Source of the DNA: Caulobacteraceae bacterium
Lineage (GTDB): Bacteria; Pseudomonadota; Alphaproteobacteria; Caulobacterales; Caulobacteraceae
Reading direction: 5' to 3'
Assembly (NCBI GenBank): GCA_036509495.1
Contig: DATCFQ010000105.1
Span: forward strand, 1-26,920
DNA length: 26,920 nucleotides
In this document: positions 1 through 18,241 of the stretch, in pieces
Layout of the letters: the number at the start of each line of letters is the position of its first letter
How positions within the stretch are numbered: position 1 is the first letter of the stretch
The notes under the pieces: generated by a model
The model's database searches: none
Told to the model about the DNA's origin: nothing
The model's input: only the letters and a program-made list of their open reading frames with translations
Program-made: the position numbers and the translations under genes

Positions 1-175
1 GTTTTTGCATCGGTACTAACGCCCCGAGGCGCGGTCCGCCGCCCTCCGACCAGCGCGAAGGGGCGCTCCATCCAATACGGGTGGGGCTTATCCAGCGTCC
101 GTCAGGCCGGCAGGCCTGATCCGAGGGTGGACGCAGGAGCACGACGCGCGGAGTCCGTCCGCATCAGGAGCACCG

Positions 176-4246
<4,071 letters not shown>

Positions 4247-4329
4247 CGCCTACCCCCTTCGCGGGGCGGGGCTCTGACGCACCTTTGGATTTATCGCGGC
4301 CAAGGCCGCACTGACGAACTGGATATCCG

Positions 4330-8550
<4,221 letters not shown>

Positions 8551-8572
8551 GCGCACGGACAGACGCAAGATC

Positions 8573-8604
8573 ACGGCCCGGGATCGCTCCCGGGCCGTTT
8601 TCTT
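8573..8604 (+). terminator. Rho-independent terminator of rpoBC
   Basis: 11-bp stem acggcccggga (8573-8583) / tcccgggccgt (8588-8598), loop tcgc, followed by a T-rich run (tttctt), 22 nt after the rpoC stop. Confidence 0.85.
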
Positions 8605-8631
8605 ATCGGCGGCGCGGGCTAGGATCGGGCT

Positions 8632-9234
8632 ATGGACGGCGAAGCGGACAACATCATCGGGCTCTACCGCCGCCGCGCCCGGGCGTGGGACGCGGCGCGG
8701 AGCGAGCATCTGCGTGAAGGCGCGTGGCTGGGCAGGTTCCTGGATCTTGCGCAGCCGGAGGGGGCGGTGCTCGATCTCGGCTGCGGTGGTGGCCAGCCCA
8801 TCGCCCGCCACCTGATCGAGCAGGGCCGCCAGGTGACGGGCGTGGATTCCTCGCCCGAGATGATCGCCCTCTGTCGCGAGCGCTTCCCTGAACAGACCTG
8901 GGTCATCGCCGACATGCGCGGCCTGGATCTCGGCCGGCGCTTCGCCGGCATCCTGGCCTGGCACAGCCTGTTCCACCTGACGCCCCAGGACCAGGAAGCC
9001 ATGTTCGCCGTCTTCGCGGCGCACGCGGCCCCAGGCGCGGCGCTGATGTTCACCAGCGGCTGGAACCGGGGCGTGGCGATGGGCGAGTTCCAGGGTGAAC
9101 GGCTCTATCACGCCAGCCTAGACCCGGACGAATACCACGCCCTGCTCAGAACCCACGGCTTCAAGACCGTGGCGCACAAGGTCGATCAATACCAGGCCGG
9201 AGCCGCCGTGGTCTGGCTGGCCCAGCGGGTCTGA
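8632..9234 (+). CDS. Class I SAM-dependent methyltransferase, substrate unknown
   Basis: 200 aa with motif I VLDLGCGGG, post-I VTGVDSSPEMI, ADMRGL and motif II/III FAGILAWHSLFHL; host-like codon usage. Confidence 0.88.
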   Translation: MDGEADNIIGLYRRRARAWDAARSEHLREGAWLGRFLDLAQPEGAVLDLGCGGGQPIARHLIEQGRQVTGVDSSPEMIALCRERFPEQTWVIADMRGLDLGRRFAGILAWHSLFHLTPQDQEAMFAVFAAHAAPGAALMFTSGWNRGVAMGEFQGERLYHASLDPDEYHALLRTHGFKTVAHKVDQYQAGAAVVWLAQRV

Positions 9235-9249
9235 GCGCGCCGACGGTCG

Positions 9250-9906
9250 TCAGCGGCCGGGTTCGGGCGGCGCATCGACGTCCTCGCTGAGCGGTCCCTT
9301 GGGCGGCTCGATATAGCAGGGCAGGGGCCCCAGCTTGATGCCGTGGGGCGGCTTGCCGAAACAGGCCAGGCCCGGTCCATGATCGGGGGCGTTGCGGGCG
9401 GCGACGGTGGCGTCGAACCAGGCGCGCTTGTTCGCGGCGATCGGGGCGAGGATCTCCAGGCCCGGCTTGGCCTGCGCCCGCCGCCACTTGGCGCAGCGGT
9501 CGAGTTCCGGCTGGCTCAGGTGGACGAAGGTCGCCTCCGAGCAGCCGACCGAGCCACGCAGCAGCGCCGTCACCCTGGCCCGCGCCGCCGGGTCCTCGCC
9601 TGAGGCGGCCGGCGGCGTCGGGGCGGGCGCAGGAGCGGGCAGGTGCGCCTGTGCGACCTGGGCCCGTGAGAGCCCCGGCGGCGAGGGCGCCGGGCGGGCG
9701 GGGCGCGTCTCCGTCACGCGCAGCCGCATCGGCTCGACCGGCGTTGGCCGCGGTGGGACCAGGGAGACCTCGAGGGCCGGCCCGTCCGGCGGCAGGCGCC
9801 AGTGGGGCAGGCTGAGGATCGCCGCGGTGACGAACGCCAGATGCAGCAGCAGCGAGACGGCGAGGCCCACGCGGGCCTTAGATCCTGCCGGCCTCTGCGC
9901 CGCCAT
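9250..9906 (-). CDS. Hypothetical membrane-anchored Pro-rich protein with TonB-like N-terminus
   Basis: 218 aa; basic N-terminus followed by a hydrophobic helix VGLAVSLLLHLAFVTAAILSL, Pro/Ala-rich linker and a C-terminal part with 4 Cys; GAGGG about 6 nt upstream of the ATG. Confidence 0.72.
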   Translation of the reverse strand: MAAQRPAGSKARVGLAVSLLLHLAFVTAAILSLPHWRLPPDGPALEVSLVPPRPTPVEPMRLRVTETRPARPAPSPPGLSRAQVAQAHLPAPAPAPTPPAASGEDPAARARVTALLRGSVGCSEATFVHLSQPELDRCAKWRRAQAKPGLEILAPIAANKRAWFDATVAARNAPDHGPGLACFGKPPHGIKLGPLPCYIEPPKGPLSEDVDAPPEPGR

Positions 9907-10034
9907 GGCCCGCCCTCAACCTCGACGTCAGGAAGCCTTGGGCCTCGCCTTGGCTGAATTGTGACCCGGACAGGTCCGCATTGCGGCCAAGCTCGAGCTG
10001 CTCTCGCACACCCGTGGCCACGGCCCGCCATCCC

Positions 10035-10063
10035 TTGACCTGAAAGGCGCTCACGAGTATCTA
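10035..10063 (+). promoter_or_regulatory. Housekeeping sigma70-type promoter of the str operon
   Basis: TTGACC (10035-10040), 17-nt spacer, TATCTA (10058-10063), upstream of rpsL. Confidence 0.7.
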
Positions 10064-10290
10064 CCGCGCTCTTTTCGAGGCCGGGAAATGCGCAAGCCTT
10101 CTCCCTGCGCCCCGATAGGCCGGACGTTCCTCCACAAGGATCGGGAAGTCCGCGTCGAAACGCTTAGCTGGCGTTCCGGCGCGGTTTCGTGTTTATCGGG
10201 CGCCTTCGAAGTTCGAGTTCAACGTCAAGAGGCACCGAGGTCGTCCGGCCGAAAGGCGCAGGCCTCCACAGGCAGACAGCAAAGAGAAGC

Positions 10291-10662
10291 ATGCCCACCG
10301 TCAACCAGCTCATCCGCAAGCCGCGCCAGCCCAAGGTCAAGCGCAACACCGTGCCGGCGCTCAAGGGCTCGCCCCAGCGCCGCGGGGTCTGCACCCGCGT
10401 CTACACCGTCACTCCGAAGAAGCCGAACTCGGCCCTGCGGAAGGTCGCCAAGGTGCGCCTGACCTCCCAGATCGAGGCGGTCTGCTACATTCCGGGCGAA
10501 GGCCACAACCTGCAGGAGCACTCCGTGGTGCTGATCCGCGGCGGCCGCGTGAAGGACCTTCCGGGCGTCCGCTACCACATCCTCCGCGGCGTCCTGGACA
10601 CCCAGGGCGTGAAGGACCGCCGTCAGCGCCGGTCGCTCTACGGCGCCAAGCGGCCCAAGTAA
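10291..10662 (+). CDS. rpsL: 30S ribosomal protein S12
   Basis: [10 protein letters not shown]...[10 protein letters not shown]...[12 protein letters not shown]; true start is the ATG at 10291 (123 aa), the ORF-track start at 10189 is an upstream extension. Confidence 0.99.
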   Translation: MPTVNQLIRKPRQPKVKRNTVPALKGSPQRRGVCTRVYTVTPKKPNSALRKVAKVRLTSQIEAVCYIPGEGHNLQEHSVVLIRGGRVKDLPGVRYHILRGVLDTQGVKDRRQRRSLYGAKRPK

Positions 10663-10673
10663 GGAGATCTCAG

Positions 10674-11147
10674 ATGTCGCGACGTAGACGCGCTGAGAAG
10701 CGTGAAGTCCTGCCGGATCCGAAGTTCGGCGACCTGATCGTCACCAAGTTCATGAATGGCATCATGTACGAGGGAAAGAAGGCCGTGGCCGAGAACATCG
10801 TCTACGGCGCCATGGAAATCCTGGCCGCCAAGCGCCGGGACGCCGAGCCGCTGGAGGTCTTCCACACCGCGCTCGACAACGTGGCTCCCTCGGTCGAGGT
10901 GCGCTCCCGCCGGGTCGGCGGCGCCACCTATCAGGTGCCGGTCGAAGTGCGCCCCGAGCGCCGGCGCGCCCTGGCCATCCGCTGGATGGTGACGGCTGCC
11001 CGCAATCGCGGCGAGAACACCATGACCGAGAAGCTCGCCGCCGAGCTGCTCGACGCGGCCAACAATCGCGGTTCCGCGGTGAAGAAGCGCGAAGACACCC
11101 ACAAGATGGCCGAGGCCAACCGCGCTTTCTCGCATTACCGCTGGTAA
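10674..11147 (+). CDS. rpsG: 30S ribosomal protein S7
   Basis: [10 protein letters not shown]...[15 protein letters not shown]...[15 protein letters not shown]; SD AAGGAG upstream. Confidence 0.99.
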   Translation: MSRRRRAEKREVLPDPKFGDLIVTKFMNGIMYEGKKAVAENIVYGAMEILAAKRRDAEPLEVFHTALDNVAPSVEVRSRRVGGATYQVPVEVRPERRRALAIRWMVTAARNRGENTMTEKLAAELLDAANNRGSAVKKREDTHKMAEANRAFSHYRW

Positions 11148-11167
11148 GCGCCTACATATCGAGTTCC

Positions 11168-11210
11168 CGGCGCGGGCGGTTTGAGCTAAATCGCCCGCGC
11201 CGCCGTTTTT
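11168..11210 (+). terminator. Terminator-like hairpin in the rpsG-fusA intergenic region
   Basis: cggcgcgggcggttt (11168-11182) pairs with aaatcgcccgcgccg (11188-11202): 15 bp with one G-U, loop gagct; TTTTT at 11206-11210. Confidence 0.5.
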
Positions 11211-11255
11211 CCCAGCCATTCGCCTCAACAGCGACGCTTATGCCCGAGCAATTCC

Positions 11256-13337
<2,082 letters not shown>

Positions 13338-13340
13338 CCC

Positions 13341-13356
13341 AAACCTGAAAACCTGA
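13341..13356 (+). repeat. Tandem 8-bp direct repeat (aaacctga x2) in the fusA-tuf spacer
   Basis: aaacctga at 13341-13348 and 13349-13356. Confidence 0.6.
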
Positions 13357-13383
13357 TAGGCCGCACGGGCCGGAGCTAAGAGA

Positions 13384-14574
<1,191 letters not shown>

Positions 14575-14609
14575 CCGGGCAGGGCCTCACGGCCCCACTC
14601 ACAGCGTTC

Positions 14610-14639
14610 AAGGCCGCCGGCTCATCCCGGCGGCCTTTT
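14610..14639 (+). terminator. Rho-independent terminator after tuf
   Basis: aaggccgccgg (14610-14620) / ccggcggcctt (14627-14637), loop ctcatc, TTTT at 14636-14639. Confidence 0.85.
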
Positions 14640-14819
14640 GCCGTCTGAGGCGCTATGCTCGCCCGAGGACGGGTCGGTGCGGGCGCCCGGGCCCACCTCC
14701 GAGCCCTCCGAGCCCTTGGGCTCGCTGGCCTGCCGCGGCGGCTTGCCCTCGCCCACGGGCTTCAGGTCCTCGTTCTCGGTCTCCAGCGTCTTGGGGCGGT
14801 CCTTGGAAGCATGGGCCAT
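14622..14819 (-). CDS. Small hydrophilic hypothetical protein (65 aa)
   Basis: MAHASKDRPKTLETENEDLKPVGEGKPPRQASEPKGSEGSEVGPGARTDPSSGEHSASDGKRPPG; good SD (cGGAGAccgccATG); fills an otherwise empty gap between tuf and the GIN gene. Confidence 0.6.
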   Translation of the reverse strand: MAHASKDRPKTLETENEDLKPVGEGKPPRQASEPKGSEGSEVGPGARTDPSSGEHSASDGKRPPG

Positions 14820-14840
14820 GGCGGTCTCCGATCACCGCCA

Positions 14841-14867
14841 GGAACGATCCGGCCGCCCGTCCGATCC
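14841..14867. promoter_or_regulatory. Candidate EcfG/sigmaT (general stress response) promoter, readable on both strands
   Basis: + strand GGAAC-N16-CGAT (14841-14865); - strand GGATC-N16-CGTT (14867-14843); each differs by one base from the GGAAC-N16/17-CGTT consensus. Confidence 0.4.
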
Positions 14868-14950
14868 GGGCTCGCCCAGCATGACCGCGAATTAAGCTGC
14901 GCGGCGGGGGACCCAGGGCTAGCTTCCGCCCGACTTCTGGGGAAGACGCC

Positions 14951-15790
14951 ATGAGACGCGCCGCCATTATCGCTTTCGCCAGCCTGGCCGGGACCGGCCT
15001 CGCCGGCGCCGCCTACGCCGATACCGCCGTCGAGATCCGCGACGCCGCCGCCCGGGTCACGGTGATCCCCGAGGCGCGCTCGGACGTGAAGGTGCAGGTG
15101 ATCGTCACCAACCGCGCCTTGCCGCTGACCGTGCGCAGCGAATTCGACCACACCATCGTCGACGGTCATCTGCGCCACCGGGTCGGCGGCTGCACCACCA
15201 TGTTCGGCAAGACCATGGTGCATGTGCGGGGCATCGGCGAGGTGCCCTACGACGCCCTGCCGCAGATAGTGGTGCGCACCCCGATGGACGTCCACGCCAG
15301 CGCCGGCAAGGCGGTGTTCGGCGCCGTCGGGCGGGCGGACACGGTCATATTGTCCAACGCCGGCTGCGGCGATTGGACCATCGCCAACGTCAAGGGCAAG
15401 CTGGCGGTCAATGCGGCGGGCTCGGGCGACGTGCGCGGCGGCTCCGCAGGGGAGCTGTCAGCCCATGTCGCCGGCTCGAGCGACGTGCTGCTTCGCCAGA
15501 TCTCGGGGCCCGCCACCGTCGACGTGGCGGGTTCCGGGGACGTCTCCGTCGCCTCGATCTCAGGGCCGTTGAACATCTCGGTCGCCGGGTCGGGCGATGT
15601 GAGGATCGACGGCGGCCACGCCAGCGAGATGGCGGCGCACATCGCCGGCTCGGGCGACGTGCGCTTCGGCGGCGTCGCCGACAGCCTGAACGCCTCGATC
15701 GCCGGCTCGGGCGACGTCGATGTGGGCAAGGTCACCGGTCCGGTCCATAAGGCCGTCTTCGGTTCGGGAGACGTGAACGTCGGTCACTGA
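14951..15790 (+). CDS. Secreted GIN-domain / DUF2807-like (autotransporter adhesin head-like) repeat protein
   Basis: 279 aa; signal peptide MRRAAIIAFASLAGTGLAGAAYA; repeated GSGDV-type units about 19 aa apart in the C-terminal half. Confidence 0.8.
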   Translation: MRRAAIIAFASLAGTGLAGAAYADTAVEIRDAAARVTVIPEARSDVKVQVIVTNRALPLTVRSEFDHTIVDGHLRHRVGGCTTMFGKTMVHVRGIGEVPYDALPQIVVRTPMDVHASAGKAVFGAVGRADTVILSNAGCGDWTIANVKGKLAVNAAGSGDVRGGSAGELSAHVAGSSDVLLRQISGPATVDVAGSGDVSVASISGPLNISVAGSGDVRIDGGHASEMAAHIAGSGDVRFGGVADSLNASIAGSGDVDVGKVTGPVHKAVFGSGDVNVGH

Positions 15791-15842
15791 GAGGGGGCGG
15801 ACGGGCCGGATGCCGAGACCACGAGTTTTCAAGGGGTTTGGC

Positions 15843-15871
15843 TTGACGCGGGGGCGGTCGCCGCGTAATTA
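15843..15871 (+). promoter_or_regulatory. Housekeeping sigma70-type promoter of the S10-spc operon
   Basis: TTGACG (15843-15848), 17-nt spacer, TAATTA (15866-15871). Confidence 0.65.
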
Positions 15872-16172
15872 GCGCCGCCTCTGTTGGGCCGGCCGTATCT
15901 CTGGTGAAAGCCGAGGTAGACGCGGTTCGCGAGACGACCTCACACGACGCTGCAGCGCTTCTAGCGAGTTCCGCAGCATGGTATTGGGCGAGGGCCCTCG
16001 CGAATTCGTCGCGCGGGCCTTGATCGTTTTGCGGATTTCCGCGCGCTGGAGTTCGAGGACCCCGGGTCCGAGGGCTCTCGCTGGTCTTTGACAGGGCGCC
16101 GAGCGTGGCGGGCGCAATTGAGTAGGAAGCATGCGGCGTGGCCTGGCCATGCCGGCGAGGAAAACGAGCGAT

Positions 16173-16481
16173 ATGGATCGACAGAACATACGCATCCGGC
16201 TCAAGGCCTTCGATCACCGGGTCCTGGATCACTCCACCCGCGAGATTGTGCAGACCGCCAAGCGCACCGGCGCGACCGTCCGCGGGCCGATCCCGCTGCC
16301 GACCCTGATCGAAAAATTCACCGTCAACCGTTCGCCGCACATCGACAAGAAGTCGCGCGAGCAGTTTGAAATCCGCACGCACAAGCGCGTGCTCGACATC
16401 GTCGATCCCACCCCGCAGACCGTCGACGCCCTCATGAAGCTCGACCTGTCCGCCGGCGTGGACGTCGAGATCAAGCTCTAG
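16173..16481 (+). CDS. rpsJ: 30S ribosomal protein S10
   Basis: [19 protein letters not shown]...RGPIPLPT...[22 protein letters not shown]; true start at ATG 16173 (102 aa). Confidence 0.99.
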   Translation: MDRQNIRIRLKAFDHRVLDHSTREIVQTAKRTGATVRGPIPLPTLIEKFTVNRSPHIDKKSREQFEIRTHKRVLDIVDPTPQTVDALMKLDLSAGVDVEIKL

Positions 16482-16493
16482 GGGGCAGCCACA

Positions 16494-17303
16494 ATGCGTA
16501 CCGGCGTGCTCGCCAAGAAACTCGGCATGACTCGCTTCTTCGATGAAGACGGCTCGGACGTTCCGGTGACCGTGCTCGCGCTCGAAGGATGCCAGGTCGT
16601 CGCCCATCGCACCCAGGACAAGGACGGCTACGTCGCCCTGCAGCTCGGGGCCGGCGCCAAGAAGGCCAAGCGCACCTCCAAGGCGATGCGCGGCCACTTC
16701 GGCAAGGCCATGGTCGAGCCCAAGCGCACCGTCGCCGAGTTCCGGGTGAGCGAAGACAATCTGATCGATGTGGGCGCGGAACTCACCGCCGACCACTTCT
16801 TGCCCGGACAGAAGGTCGACGTCACCGGCGTCACCGTCGGCAAGGGCTTCGCCGGCGCCATCAAGCGCTGGCATTTCAGCGGCCTCAGGGCCACCCACGG
16901 CGTGTCTGTGTCGCACCGTTCGCACGGCTCGACCGGCCAGCGTCAGGATCCGGGCAAGGTCTTCAAGAACAAGAAGATGGCCGGCCACCTCGGCCAGGAT
17001 CAGGTGACCACCCTGAACGTCACGGTGTTCCGGGTCGACGCCGAGCGCGGCCTGATCATGCTCAAGGGCGCGACCCCGGGCGCCGAAGGCGCCTGGCTGA
17101 AGATCCGCGACGCGGTGAAGCGTCCGGCTCCGGCCGATGCGCCCAGGCCCGGCGCCTTCCGCAAGGCTGGCGAAGAGCATGCCGCTGCGCCTGAGGAAGA
17201 TGCCCCCGTACAAGAGGCTGACGTCCAAGAGACTGAAGTCCAAGAGGCCCCAATTCTAGAAGCGCCTGGGGCCGAAGCTCCGACCACGGGGGGCGAGGAA
17301 TAA
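16494..17303 (+). CDS. rplC: 50S ribosomal protein L3 with acidic C-terminal extension
   Basis: [36 protein letters not shown] motifs; position after rpsJ. Confidence 0.99.
   Translation: MRTGVLAKKLGMTRFFDEDGSDVPVTVLALEGCQVVAHRTQDKDGYVALQLGAGAKKAKRTSKAMRGHFGKAMVEPKRTVAEFRVSEDNLIDVGAELTADHFLPGQKVDVTGVTVGKGFAGAIKRWHFSGLRATHGVSVSHRSHGSTGQRQDPGKVFKNKKMAGHLGQDQVTTLNVTVFRVDAERGLIMLKGATPGAEGAWLKIRDAVKRPAPADAPRPGAFRKAGEEHAAAPEEDAPVQEADVQETEVQEAPILEAPGAEAPTTGGEE
17208..17252 (+). repeat. In-frame 15-bp tandem repeat (x3) in the rplC tail
   Basis: gtacaagaggctgac / gtccaagagactgaa / gtccaagaggcccca encoding [15 protein letters not shown]. Confidence 0.75.
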
Positions 17304-17941
17304 TGAAGCTCGACGTCATCAAGCTGGACGGCGGCAAGGGCGGTCAGATCGACCTGCCCGACGATATCTTCGGCATCGAAGACATCCGCGGCGACATCCT
17401 GCAGCGCGTGATCACCTGGCAGCTCGCCAAGCGTCGCGCCGGCACCCACAAGATCAAGACCCGCAACGAGGTCGCCCGCACCGGTAAGAAGATGTACCGG
17501 CAGAAGGGCACCGGCGGCGCGCGTCACGGCGATCGCAAGGCGGCCCAGTTCGTCGGCGGCGCCAAGGTGTTCGGACCGGTGGTCCGCAGCCACGAGATCA
17601 GCCTGCCCAAGAAGGTCCGCGCCATGGGCCTCAGGCACGCCCTCTCGTCCAAGGCCAAGGCCGGAACCCTGGTGGTGATCGACGCCTTCGCCCTGGATTC
17701 GGCCAAGACCGCCGGACTGAAGGCGTCGCTGGCCAAGATGGGCCTGAGCAACGTCCTAGTGATCGCCGGGCCGGAAGTGGACGGCAACCTGAAGCTCGCC
17801 GCCCGCAATATTCCGAACCTCGACGTGCTCCCGAGCGCCGGGCTCAATGTCTATGACATCCTGCGCCGCGACACCCTGGTCCTGACTCGGGCAGCGATCG
17901 ATGCGATCGCGGCCCGTTTTGCTGAAAAGGAGGCCGCGTGA
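17303..17941 (+). CDS. rplD: 50S ribosomal protein L4
   Basis: [13 protein letters not shown]...[11 protein letters not shown]...FGP; TAATG overlap with rplC. Confidence 0.99.
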   Translation: MKLDVIKLDGGKGGQIDLPDDIFGIEDIRGDILQRVITWQLAKRRAGTHKIKTRNEVARTGKKMYRQKGTGGARHGDRKAAQFVGGAKVFGPVVRSHEISLPKKVRAMGLRHALSSKAKAGTLVVIDAFALDSAKTAGLKASLAKMGLSNVLVIAGPEVDGNLKLAARNIPNLDVLPSAGLNVYDILRRDTLVLTRAAIDAIAARFAEKEAA

Positions 17942-18237
17942 TGGCCGCCACGGCACGCCACTACGACACCATCCTGGCCCCGTTGATCACGGAAAAGGCG
18001 ACCTATCTGTCCGACCAGAACAAGGTCGTGTTCAAGGTCGCCATGGACGCCACCAAGGCCGAGATCGCCGATGCGATCCAGGAGCTGTTCAAGGTCCAGG
18101 TCCTGAAGGTCAACACCCTGGTCCAGAAGGGCAAGACCAAGCGCTGGCGGGGCCGTCCGGGCCGCCGCAACGACGTCAAGAAAGCGATCGTGACCCTGGC
18201 TGAAGGCCAGTCGATCGACGTGGCCACGGGGCTCTAA
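17941..18237 (+). CDS. rplW: 50S ribosomal protein L23
   Basis: PLITEKAT...KVNTL...KKAIVTL; ATG at 17941 in a TGATG overlap (in-frame GTG at 17938 is an alternative). Confidence 0.97.
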   Translation: MAATARHYDTILAPLITEKATYLSDQNKVVFKVAMDATKAEIADAIQELFKVQVLKVNTLVQKGKTKRWRGRPGRRNDVKKAIVTLAEGQSIDVATGL

Positions 18238-18241
18238 GGCG

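Noticed and set aside
4247-4329. Small hairpins in the rpoB-rpoC spacer (gcggc-caag-gccgc at 4296-4309) and lack of an SD before rpoC
   Set aside because: Stems are only 4-5 bp in GC-rich DNA with no U-tract; non-SD starts are common in this group
10088-10462. ORF-track entries in the rpsL and rpsJ leaders (10088..10462, 10164..10394, 15869..16204, 16088..16369) and the 5' extensions of rpsL and rpsJ
   Set aside because: No homology-like features; they overlap the real starts at 10291 and 16173, which give canonical protein lengths
10400-10570. Streptomycin-resistance positions in S12 and the YTVTPKK variant
   Set aside because: Both lysines (PKKPNS, RVKDLP) are intact; Val in place of the usual Thr occurs in other natural S12 proteins
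14951-15790. DNA-level repeats in the GIN gene as a possible CRISPR or VNTR array
   Set aside because: The repeats are in-frame, degenerate at third codon positions and explained by the protein beta-helix repeat
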